NCBI GenBank assembly: GCA_949284985.1
Contig: CASDWY010000013.1
Span: 12,845-76,844 of the forward strand
Source: an uncultured bacterium
GTDB lineage: Bacteria; Cyanobacteriota; Vampirovibrionia; Gastranaerophilales; Gastranaerophilaceae
DNA: 64,000 nucleotides
Direction: 5' to 3'
A program made the position numbers and the translations under genes. Below are positions 1 through 8,602 of the stretch, in pieces (the stretch's first letter is position 1; each line of letters opens with the position of its first letter). The notes beneath the pieces were generated by a model that ran no database searches, was not told where the DNA came from, and was given only the letters and a program-made list of their open reading frames with translations.

Positions 1-877
1 TCAATGGTTTCCCAATGTCATGCATAAGTCCTGCAAGTTTAAGAAATGCTATTTTTTTCACTGTACCGTATGGTGTCGAGTTTAATATATTTTGTGCTTG
101 TTGTGGAAGGGTTGGAAATAATAGTTCAATTTGTTTAACTGTTTCAATGGAATGTTCGAATAAGTTTAGGTGATGATGTGAGTTAGGGGGGATAGTTTTT
201 AAACTTGTGCAAAATGGTAATATTTCGTTTAAAAGATTATTTTGGTCCATGCTTATTAATGTTTCTGCAGTGTTGTTTCCCTCCATAAGCTTAATTAATT
301 CTGAGTTTATACGTTCTTTAGCAGGTTTTGTTATCAGATGAGCATGTTGCTTTATTATTTTATAAGTTTCAGGATTGATTTTAAATCCAAGAGTACTTTG
401 AAATCGGAAAACACGTAGTATTCTTAGTGGGTCATCAATAAAATTTTGTTCACTTATACCTTTTATTATTTTATTTTTTAAATCAGAAAGTCCGTTGTTA
501 GGGTCAATTATTATGTTTTTATTTATATCAAAAGCGATAGAGTTTATTGTTATATCTCTACGGTTAAGGTCTTTGTTTATATTATTATCTATGGCACGAG
601 CAAAGTCGATGTAGTTTTTTTTGTCGTCTAAAACTAACCTGTATATTCCCCAATCTTTATCAAGTTCAATAAAAGTTGCGTTAATTTGATTTGCAATATT
701 TTTAACAACAGTTTCTATATTATTACATATTAATATTATGTCATGGTCATATGTAATTTTTTTTAGACAAAGGTCTCTTATGTACCCTCCTACCAAATAT
801 GAATCATAGTTTTTTAGATAGGGTTTAATTTTTTTAATAATAGGGTTATTATTTATCAGATTGATTAAATTATTCAT
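1..877 (-). CDS. cca: CCA-adding enzyme / poly(A) polymerase family tRNA nucleotidyltransferase (5' part; runs off window)
   Basis: Hand translation of the minus strand from ATG at 877: MNNLINLINNNPIIKKIKPYLKNYDSYLVGGYIRDLCLKK (the VGGxVRD nucleotidyltransferase motif). At the window edge it reads ...AGLMHDIGKPL (HD domain). Open frame 877->2. The start overlaps the rsmE stop by 8 nt. Confidence 0.75.
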   Translation of the reverse strand, partial: MNNLINLINNNPIIKKIKPYLKNYDSYLVGGYIRDLCLKKITYDHDIILICNNIETVVKNIANQINATFIELDKDWGIYRLVLDDKKNYIDFARAIDNNINKDLNRRDITINSIAFDINKNIIIDPNNGLSDLKNKIIKGISEQNFIDDPLRILRVFRFQSTLGFKINPETYKIIKQHAHLITKPAKERINSELIKLMEGNNTAETLISMDQNNLLNEILPFCTSLKTIPPNSHHHLNLFEHSIETVKQIELLFPTLPQQAQNILNSTPYGTVKKIAFLKLAGLMHDIGKPL

Positions 878-1607
878 TGCTTAATCCGTATATTATGTTT
901 GATAATGCATTTATAACAGCGGTATCTGCGCGCAAAATCAAATTACCGAGTGAAACCATAGGTATGTTAGAGTTTTTGAGAAGATTAAATTCTTGTTGTG
1001 AAAATCCGCCTTCAGGACCTATTATAACTAAAATTTTAGTATTTTCTTTTAATTTTATTTTGTTTAAAAAAGATTTTAGGGATAATTGTGCATATTTTTC
1101 AACACAAGCAATTTTTATTTCAAAGTTGTTTGAATTAAGCATGTCTTCAAGGCTTGTAACGTTAAATATTTTTGCTACATCTGGTCTTTCACATTGTTTT
1201 GAAGCTTCATAGGCTAGTTTGTTATATTTATCAACTTTATCTTCGGCATAACTTTTTTTAATAGTGCAATTATCAGTAATCATTGGAAATATTCCTTTGA
1301 TACCTAGCTCGCATGCTTTTTGTATGACGTTAGTTTGTGCTTCTTTTTTAAGTACAGATTGTGCTAAATATAGGTTTAATGGAAGTGTTCTTTTTGAAGG
1401 GTAGGATTTATTTATTTTAGCGATAATGTTATTAGATGTTATTTTTTCAACGGTAGTTTCGTATTGAGTTTTATTTTCATCAACAAGTAAAAGGTTTTCC
1501 CCTATATTTATATGTAAAGAGCGAGCGATATGGTTGTAATTTTCTTTGTCTGAAATAGTAATAATGTTATTATTAATTGAATCATTTGTAATAAAAAAAT
1601 GGGGCAT
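870..1607 (-). CDS. rsmE: 16S rRNA (uracil1498-N3)-methyltransferase RsmE
   Basis: 245 aa. N-terminus MPHFFI..., C-terminal SPOUT motif IIGPEGGFSQQE. Confidence 0.8.
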   Translation of the reverse strand: MPHFFITNDSINNNIITISDKENYNHIARSLHINIGENLLLVDENKTQYETTVEKITSNNIIAKINKSYPSKRTLPLNLYLAQSVLKKEAQTNVIQKACELGIKGIFPMITDNCTIKKSYAEDKVDKYNKLAYEASKQCERPDVAKIFNVTSLEDMLNSNNFEIKIACVEKYAQLSLKSFLNKIKLKENTKILVIIGPEGGFSQQEFNLLKNSNIPMVSLGNLILRADTAVINALSNIIYGLSNE

Positions 1608-1726
1608 AATTCCTGCTTTCTACATCAAATGGATGATATATTATACTTTAGTATAATATAGCTAAAATATAAATATAGCAAGTGTTTTGGTAGTATTTTT
1701 GTTAAAAAATGGAACAAAAGTTAAAC

Positions 1727-1753
1727 TAAAGTATTAGAGGCTCAGGCCGATTA
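1727..1753 (+). promoter_or_regulatory. Sigma-28 (FliA)-type promoter for flagellin
   Basis: TAAAGTAT-N11-GCCGATTA against consensus TAAAGTTT-N11-GCCGATAA, about 40 nt upstream of the flagellin ATG. Confidence 0.6.
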
Positions 1754-1791
1754 ATTTTTTGTAAATAAAATTACAAAATAGGAGAGAGAAA

Positions 1792-2691
1792 ATGTCAGTA
1801 GTAGTAAACACAAATATTCAATCATTGATTGGACAAAACAGTTTAAACAAGAATACATCAGCATTGAGCAAAACTATGCAGCAGCTTTCAACAGGTTTGA
1901 GAATAAACAGTGCAAAAGATGATGCTGCAGGATTAGGTGTTGCTGAATTAATGACAGCACAAATTAAAGGTAATGCACAAGCAATGAGTAATATTCAAGA
2001 TGCTTTGAATCTTTTGCAGACTGCAGAAGGCGGCTTAACAGTTATTACCGAAAATGTTCAAAGAATTCGTGAGTTATGTATTCAAGCAGCTAACGAAATT
2101 TATGATGAAAACTCAAAACAATCAATTTTGAACGAAATTAAGCAGCGTCTTGAAACAATAGACACAACAGCTTTAACAACAAATTTTAACGGAAAAAGTT
2201 TGATAGATGGTAGCGTAACTACATTGTTTATTCAAATGGGACCAAACGGGGATGCTGTTGATGCGGATCCATTGTTGAATGCAATAGATGTAGCGCCATC
2301 TTTAACAAATTCCAGAACAGATGATACCGGTCTTGACATATTTTTCCAAATTACATCTTTGGGAAATGCCGGAGGCGGTGCTGTAGATGGTTCAAATTGG
2401 GAAACTCAAGATATTAGAGATTATATTAATAAATTAGACGAGGCATTGACAAAGATAACAAATGATAAATCAGTTATGGGTGCATATATGAATGCTATGG
2501 AATCAGCTGCAGATAATCTTACAACGATTAATTTAAGTCTTGAATCAGCTCGTTCTAAAATTAAAGATGTTGATGTTGCTCAAGCAAGCTCAGATATGGT
2601 AAGATATCAAATTTTACAACAGACTTCAACAAGTATTTTGTCACAAGCTAATCAAATGCCTGCAATTGCATTGAGTTTATTGGGTAGTTAA
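1792..2691 (+). CDS. fliC: Flagellin
   Basis: 299 aa. Canonical N-terminus NTNIQSLIGQNSLNK...LSTGLRINSAKDDAAGL and C-terminus ILQQTSTSILSQANQMPAIALSLL. RBS GGAGAGAGA. Confidence 0.92.
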   Translation: MSVVVNTNIQSLIGQNSLNKNTSALSKTMQQLSTGLRINSAKDDAAGLGVAELMTAQIKGNAQAMSNIQDALNLLQTAEGGLTVITENVQRIRELCIQAANEIYDENSKQSILNEIKQRLETIDTTALTTNFNGKSLIDGSVTTLFIQMGPNGDAVDADPLLNAIDVAPSLTNSRTDDTGLDIFFQITSLGNAGGGAVDGSNWETQDIRDYINKLDEALTKITNDKSVMGAYMNAMESAADNLTTINLSLESARSKIKDVDVAQASSDMVRYQILQQTSTSILSQANQMPAIALSLLGS

Positions 2692-2728
2692 TAAATAACT
2701 TTAAATATACTTCACATCTCTCTCTTAT

Positions 2729-2756
2729 CGGCAAAAAGTTTTCTTTTTGCCGTTTA
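2729..2756 (+). terminator. Rho-independent terminator after flagellin
   Basis: cggcaaaaag-tttt-ctttttgccg hairpin followed by ttta. Confidence 0.7.
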
Positions 2757-2807
2757 TCCTATAACTGAAAGATACAAAAAGTTTTAAAAAAGAGTTAAAA
2801 TATAATT

Positions 2808-3707
2808 ATGAAGCGGTATTTTTTAATATTATTAATATTTACAATGTTTTCTTTGCCTGTGTTTGCAGAAGATGATGAGGAGTATTTTGATGATATTATT
2901 GAATTTCATAAAGGAGAGCAAACTAAATCTTTGATAGACCCAAGTAAAGAGATATTTCAAATAAGGGTAGAAAAAAATGTTCCTCAAATGGAGATGGAGT
3001 CTGTTCGAAGTATTGAAGAAATCGGAAGAATAAATATATATGATCAAAAAGCTTATAGAAAATATGATAGAGGTGTAACCGATAAGACAATAGCTTTGGA
3101 TGATAATACAAGTGTTATTGTAGGGAGTCATAATTTATACTCTGCAATTGGTCCGACGATTAATTTTATAAAGAGAGAATCATCTTATGGAGATTATGGT
3201 GCAACTGTAATTTCTAAAAACAAATATGTTAATTTTGCTGCAGGCGCTTATAATTCCTCTTTGGATACAGGCAATACCAGTGGAGTTATTATTTCGAGTG
3301 CGCCGGTAAAATTACCCGTTGGTGAATTAATTGTTGGTAGTGCTGTTTATTCTACTAACCTTGGGGTTAAGGAGACAACTCAATATGGTATTTTTAATCA
3401 GTTTAGATATAAAAGGTTTAAACTTAATGCTCAACTTTCAAAATATAAACCAAATAGCTCTATAGATATAGATGCAAGTACACTTTTTCTTGAGCCGGAG
3501 ATAGATTTAACAGATACTTTGTCTATTTCAACAGGGATTCAAAATAATATGACGGATAAAGAATCAAGAAGCGATTTAACGTTGAAATATCACCCTAAAA
3601 AATCTAATAGGAATTTAGAGTTGGAAGTTACTTTAACAAATTTTTCACAGCCTAATAAAGCCAATGTTCAACAAAGAATGTACTTGGGTACAAAGTTTAA
3701 GATTTAG
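2808..3707 (+). CDS. Secreted hypothetical protein, possibly an outer-membrane beta-barrel
   Basis: 299 aa. N-terminal signal peptide (LILLIFTMFSLPVFA), then alternating beta-like pattern, ending ...YLGTKFKI. No motif recognised. Confidence 0.4.
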   Translation: MKRYFLILLIFTMFSLPVFAEDDEEYFDDIIEFHKGEQTKSLIDPSKEIFQIRVEKNVPQMEMESVRSIEEIGRINIYDQKAYRKYDRGVTDKTIALDDNTSVIVGSHNLYSAIGPTINFIKRESSYGDYGATVISKNKYVNFAAGAYNSSLDTGNTSGVIISSAPVKLPVGELIVGSAVYSTNLGVKETTQYGIFNQFRYKRFKLNAQLSKYKPNSSIDIDASTLFLEPEIDLTDTLSISTGIQNNMTDKESRSDLTLKYHPKKSNRNLELEVTLTNFSQPNKANVQQRMYLGTKFKI

Positions 3708-3794
3708 CCGCTTAAAAATTATTTGATTAATGATTTTTTTTTATAATCAAGGTAGAATTATGATGTAAAATTTATTTAAACAGAGGTTATTAGA

Positions 3795-5030
3795 GTGAAT
3801 AAACGAACAGCTGCTATAATATTTATGAGTGTTTTATCTTTGATTTTAGCCGTAATAACTTTTAAAATCTCGATTAACCCTGATAGCGGCTTATTTTTAA
3901 CAAAAGAGAGTCTTATAGATTCTTCTCATGTTGTGCCTAAAAAATTATTTTTAAATTCTTGGAAGATTACCAAAAAACGTTATTTTGATTCAACGTTAAA
4001 TCATCAAGATTGGGATCGTTGGAAAGATAGATATACAAATATAATAGAAACAGAAGATGACGCTTATTTAGCAATAAATACAATGCTTGCGAGTTTGGAT
4101 GATCCTTATTCAAGATTTTTGAGTATGGAGGAATATTCTGAACAAACAACAAATATAGATTCTAAAATTGTGGGTATTGGTGTAAACATAACGTCAGCAT
4201 CGGGTAAGATTGTTGTAGTTGGAACAATTGATATGACACCTGCTCAACGAGCAGATATAAAACCAGGAGATATTCTTTTAAAGGTTGATGGCAAGGATGT
4301 GCATGGCAAAAATATTGCAGAGATAGCACAAATTATTCGAGGTGAAGAAGGTACACCTGTAGAAATACAACTTTTAAGAGACGGTAAAAAAATAAATAAG
4401 ACTCTTATAAGAGAACAAATAAAAATTAAAAGTGTTAATCATAAATTGTTACCGGATAATATAGGTTATATAAGAATAACTAGTTTTTTAGGTGCAAATG
4501 TGCCGGATGATTTTCTTGCGTCTATGAATGCATTGAAATCAACAAAGGGGTTAATTATTGATCTTAGAGGAAATACCGGTGGATTATTGCCAAATGCAGT
4601 TTTTGTCGCAGATATGTTTTTGAATGGTGGAAATATTGTTTCTATAGTTGATAGAAATGGTATAAGAAACGATATTAATGCTCAAGGTAAAGCAATAACC
4701 GTAGATAAACCAGTAGTTATACTTGTTGATGGAGCAACTGCAAGTGCATCAGAAATAGTTAGCGGTGCGTTAAAAGATTATAACAAGGCAGTGCTTGTTG
4801 GGGAAAAAACATATGGTAAAGGCATGGTTCAAAAAATATATCCTATGCCAAATAAAACCGGCATGAATTTAACTATTGCTAAATATTTAACTCCGAATGG
4901 AAATGATATAAATAAAAGGGGAATTATACCTGATTATATTGTGAAATATTCAGAAAAAGATTATTATGCAAATAAAGATCCCCAACTTGATGAAGCAAGG
5001 AAAATAGTAAAAAAAATGAACGCTTTTTAG
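3795..5030 (+). CDS. C-terminal processing peptidase (S41, Ctp/Prc family)
   Basis: 411 aa, GTG start with AGAGG RBS, N-terminal TM, PDZ region. S41 motifs GLIIDLRGNTGG, ASASEI, GEKTYGKG. Confidence 0.85.
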   Translation: MNKRTAAIIFMSVLSLILAVITFKISINPDSGLFLTKESLIDSSHVVPKKLFLNSWKITKKRYFDSTLNHQDWDRWKDRYTNIIETEDDAYLAINTMLASLDDPYSRFLSMEEYSEQTTNIDSKIVGIGVNITSASGKIVVVGTIDMTPAQRADIKPGDILLKVDGKDVHGKNIAEIAQIIRGEEGTPVEIQLLRDGKKINKTLIREQIKIKSVNHKLLPDNIGYIRITSFLGANVPDDFLASMNALKSTKGLIIDLRGNTGGLLPNAVFVADMFLNGGNIVSIVDRNGIRNDINAQGKAITVDKPVVILVDGATASASEIVSGALKDYNKAVLVGEKTYGKGMVQKIYPMPNKTGMNLTIAKYLTPNGNDINKRGIIPDYIVKYSEKDYYANKDPQLDEARKIVKKMNAF

Positions 5031-5314
5031 TCTTTTTTATCTGGTCTTAAAAGTATAATTGAATTAAGATTTACTTGAATAAAATTTTGATATTCAACCT
5101 TGTCGCTATTGCGATAGCTAATTTCGCAATCTTTTATTGCAACAAATCGTCTTGTGCCATTTAAAATGTCAGATAAAACACGACTTTTTTTGCCTACTTT
5201 AGGCATAAAAACATATCCTTTTATTTCGTAGTCATCTGTTACTACAAATACACGCTCAGACCAAACGCCGGATATAAAATTTTCATTTTGATTTATTTTT
5301 TCCATTTTTTCCAT
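5027..5314 (-). CDS. Hypothetical 95-aa protein coupled to pilC
   Basis: AAGGGG RBS lies immediately after the pilC stop codon, 3 nt before the ATG. It is the last gene of the pilus operon. No domain recognised. Confidence 0.55.
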   Translation of the reverse strand: MEKMEKINQNENFISGVWSERVFVVTDDYEIKGYVFMPKVGKKSRVLSDILNGTRRFVAIKDCEISYRNSDKVEYQNFIQVNLNSIILLRPDKKD

Positions 5315-5323
5315 TTTCCCCTT

Positions 5324-6538
5324 TTAAGCCGGTGTAATCATATCGAATAGTGGTAAGTAAAGTGCTAAAGCAAAGAACAATACAATACCGCCTAAAACAA
5401 TAAGCATAATAGGTTCTATAAACTTTGTTAAAGTTTCAATAAATTTCTCCAGTTCTTTATCTATAAAAACAACAGCCTGTGCAAGCATTGTACCTAATTT
5501 ACCGGATTGTTCACCTGTTTGAATCATAAATAATAACATTTTAGGCAAGACGCCAGTACTTCTAAGTGCTGCAGATAGGTGTAAACCTTGTTGGACTTTA
5601 AATTTAGCAGTATTCATTGCTGCTTGGATTAAAACATTTGTTAAGGTTATTCCTGCAAGTGTTAATGAATTGACAATTGGTACACCTGCATCGTAGGCTA
5701 CTTGTAATACAGCAAGGTAGTTTGCAAAGTCACCGTATTTTATTAAGTTACCGATTAAAGGAAGTTTTAGTGCATATTTGTCTATAATATTTCTGGTTAC
5801 CGGATATTTAAACATAAAGTATATTCCAAAGCCTAAAGCAATGAACAATAGAATTACTGCGTACCAATATTCTACTATGAAGTCTCCTGCCTTAATACAT
5901 AATGAAGTAACTAATGGGAGCTCTTTTCCTTGCTCAACAAATACTTCAGCAAATTTAGGGAATACAAACGTCAGCATAACGATAATAACTACAATAGCAA
6001 TTATTATTACAAACCCCGGATACATCAATGCACCTTGTACTTTAGAACGAGTGGCTTCCTGCTTACGTAAAAGTTCAATAATACGTTGCATTGTAGTTTC
6101 CATTTCTCCGGAGTCTTCGCCGGCTTTGGTTAACCCGACAAAAACAGGATCAAAAATATCGTTATATCGTTTTATGGTATCAGCAAATGTTCCACCTGCA
6201 AGAATATGTCGTCTTAATTCTCTTGCAAGATTTCTAATTCTTGCAGAACCTGCTTCTTGTTCCATAAAAAGTAAACTTTCTACAACAGGAACACCTGCAC
6301 CAGAAAGAGTTTGATAAGTAGATGCAAAATCTATTTTTTCTTTTAACGTTAATGGCCTAAGTTTTATTATAGGCAGTGCATTTTGTTTATTATCTAGGTT
6401 TATTTCTTCATAGACTTTTATTGGTAAAAGATTCAGTTTTTTAATTTGAGCTCTGGCATTTCTAATATTTTCTGCTTCAATTTTACCTTTAACAGTTTCA
6501 TTATTATCTTTTAATGCTATATAAGTATAAATTGTCAT
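5324..6538 (-). CDS. pilC: Type IV pilus / T2SS platform protein (PilC/GspF family)
   Basis: 404 aa, two T2SS-F repeats with 3 TM segments, typical ...LYLPLFDM C-terminus. Confidence 0.88.
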   Translation of the reverse strand: MTIYTYIALKDNNETVKGKIEAENIRNARAQIKKLNLLPIKVYEEINLDNKQNALPIIKLRPLTLKEKIDFASTYQTLSGAGVPVVESLLFMEQEAGSARIRNLARELRRHILAGGTFADTIKRYNDIFDPVFVGLTKAGEDSGEMETTMQRIIELLRKQEATRSKVQGALMYPGFVIIIAIVVIIVMLTFVFPKFAEVFVEQGKELPLVTSLCIKAGDFIVEYWYAVILLFIALGFGIYFMFKYPVTRNIIDKYALKLPLIGNLIKYGDFANYLAVLQVAYDAGVPIVNSLTLAGITLTNVLIQAAMNTAKFKVQQGLHLSAALRSTGVLPKMLLFMIQTGEQSGKLGTMLAQAVVFIDKELEKFIETLTKFIEPIMLIVLGGIVLFFALALYLPLFDMITPA

Positions 6539-6550
6539 ATTTAATCACCA

Positions 6551-8593
6551 TTATTCATTAGCCATACCGAGAACTCGAATATATTCGCTGATTGTAGTTT
6601 CGCCGCGTATGATATGTGACATACAACTTTGTTGTAATGTTCGCATGCCGGTTGCTATGGCAGTTTCTTCAATTTCTATATCGTGTGCCCCTTGAGCAAT
6701 AAGTCTTCTAATTTCTTTTGTTATAGGTAATATTTCATAAACCCCCATACGTCCTTTATAGCCTTCAAAATTACATTCAGAGCATCCCTTGGGTTTATAA
6801 ATAGTGTGTTTTATAAAGTCGTTGTATTCATCAGGGTTAAGTATAATTTTTTCTACTTCTTCTTTAGTTGGGGTGTAAGCTTCTTTACAGTGTGGGCATA
6901 GACGACGCACCAGACGTTGAGCTATAACCCCTGTAAGGGTTGAGGATACAAGGTAATCTTTTGCGCCCATTTCTATAAGACGAGTTACGGTTGTTGCTGC
7001 AGAGTTTGTGTGAATGGTGCTAAGCACAAGGTGCCCTGTTAATGCTGCAGAGATTGCAACTTCAAGAGTTTCTAAGTCACGTATTTCGCCGACTAGAATA
7101 ATATCAGGGTCTTGACGCAAGATTGCCCTCATACAACTCGCAAAAGTAATCCCTGCTTTTGAGTTTACTTGTGATTGGTTAATACCATCAATTTTTATTT
7201 CTACAGGATCCTCGATGGTTGTAATGTTTACACTTGGATCGTTTACACTTTTTAATACAGAGTATAGGGTAGTAGTTTTACCTGAACCTGTTGGACCTGA
7301 TGCTAGAATAATTCCGTTTGGAGAGCTTGTCATTTTTTTGATAAGTTCATGTTCTTCCGGAGTTGCACCTTGTAGTTTTATTTCTCTATCACTGGCACTA
7401 AGAGTTTGTGCCGGAGCAAGTACACGGATTACCATTTTTTCTCTTGTGCCGACAGGTAGGGTATTTATACGAAAGTCGTATGAAATATTGTTGTATTTTA
7501 TATAAAAGGTACCGTCTTGTGGCCGTCTATATTCGGCAATATCCATTTTAGACAGTACTTTAAATCTGGTAATTATTGCAGATTCTACTTTTGCCGGGAG
7601 ACTAAGAACTTGTTTTAATATGCCGTCTATACGATATCTGACAATATAACCATCAAGTCTTGGTTCTATATGTATATCACTGGCTTTTTTGTCTATAGCG
7701 TTAGTAATAATTTTGTTAACAAATTTCGCAACGTTACCGGTTTTATCTTGCAGCTCTCGTTCTACTTGGGAAGCAAGATCTTCTTCTATATCGTATTCAA
7801 GAACTTCTTGTTCAATATTACGTATAATTTCGTTAGTTTCTTTATAGCTTTCACCGTAATGTTGATCGATAAAGGTTTTAAATTCATAGTGTGTTAGCAG
7901 TTTGGGTTGGGGTTTCAATCCGCCAGTTATATATACAATTTCGTTGAGTACTTTTTTATCATTGGGGTGAACCATACCAACGAATATATTTTTTCCGTCT
8001 GAAGACAACGGAATAACTTTGTTGGTTTTAATAAAGTCTACTGGTAATAGTTTAAGGGTATTAGGTTGAATTTGTAGTTGATTGGAGTCTACCAAATCGG
8101 TATTTTGTTGTTCGTGTAGAAATTCTTTAAGTATATCTACGGTAATATAACCTTTTTCAACAAGTGCCGAACCCATTGGTACACCATTTGTTCGGCTATA
8201 TACTAGTGCTTCAACAATTTGTTGCTCGTTTATGTATCCTGCTTCTTTAAGCAAATCACCAATTCGTTTTTTAGGTTTAGGGTCATTTTGTTTTTGCGGT
8301 GCTGTTGGAATTAAAGTTGAATTATCTTGTTTTTGAACTTCTTTTAAATAAAAGTCGTATAATTCTTTATATTCCTCTTGTTTGAGTAATATGAATTTTG
8401 TTTGTAGATTTGTTGAGGCGGTAACTTTTTGTTCTATTTCTGTTTTTGGGGAGTTATCGTTTATTGCCGCATAAAATATCCCTTTTTGCTCATCTATGGG
8501 AATAAAATTAAGATTATTAATAACGTCTACGCTAAATTTTTCAGCGTAGACTTTATTAATCATATTTTTAATTTTATCAACTAATTGTGTCAT
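6551..8593 (-). CDS. pilB: Type IV pilus / T2SS assembly ATPase (PilB/GspE family) with extended N-terminus
   Basis: 680 aa. Walker A GPTGSGKTT, Asp box and Walker B (ILVGEIRD), tetracysteine CPHC...CSEC, N-terminal T2SSE_N-like regions. Confidence 0.9.
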   Translation of the reverse strand: MTQLVDKIKNMINKVYAEKFSVDVINNLNFIPIDEQKGIFYAAINDNSPKTEIEQKVTASTNLQTKFILLKQEEYKELYDFYLKEVQKQDNSTLIPTAPQKQNDPKPKKRIGDLLKEAGYINEQQIVEALVYSRTNGVPMGSALVEKGYITVDILKEFLHEQQNTDLVDSNQLQIQPNTLKLLPVDFIKTNKVIPLSSDGKNIFVGMVHPNDKKVLNEIVYITGGLKPQPKLLTHYEFKTFIDQHYGESYKETNEIIRNIEQEVLEYDIEEDLASQVERELQDKTGNVAKFVNKIITNAIDKKASDIHIEPRLDGYIVRYRIDGILKQVLSLPAKVESAIITRFKVLSKMDIAEYRRPQDGTFYIKYNNISYDFRINTLPVGTREKMVIRVLAPAQTLSASDREIKLQGATPEEHELIKKMTSSPNGIILASGPTGSGKTTTLYSVLKSVNDPSVNITTIEDPVEIKIDGINQSQVNSKAGITFASCMRAILRQDPDIILVGEIRDLETLEVAISAALTGHLVLSTIHTNSAATTVTRLIEMGAKDYLVSSTLTGVIAQRLVRRLCPHCKEAYTPTKEEVEKIILNPDEYNDFIKHTIYKPKGCSECNFEGYKGRMGVYEILPITKEIRRLIAQGAHDIEIEETAIATGMRTLQQSCMSHIIRGETTISEYIRVLGMANE

Positions 8594-8602
8594 TTTTATT
8601 TA

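Noticed and set aside
5778-6314. Long antisense ORFs inside pilC here; similar ones occur in the VKOR gene (55691..56248), alaS (60269..60847) and the ADH gene (30009..30425).
   Set aside because: Each is embedded antisense in a well-supported gene and has no start context or motifs.
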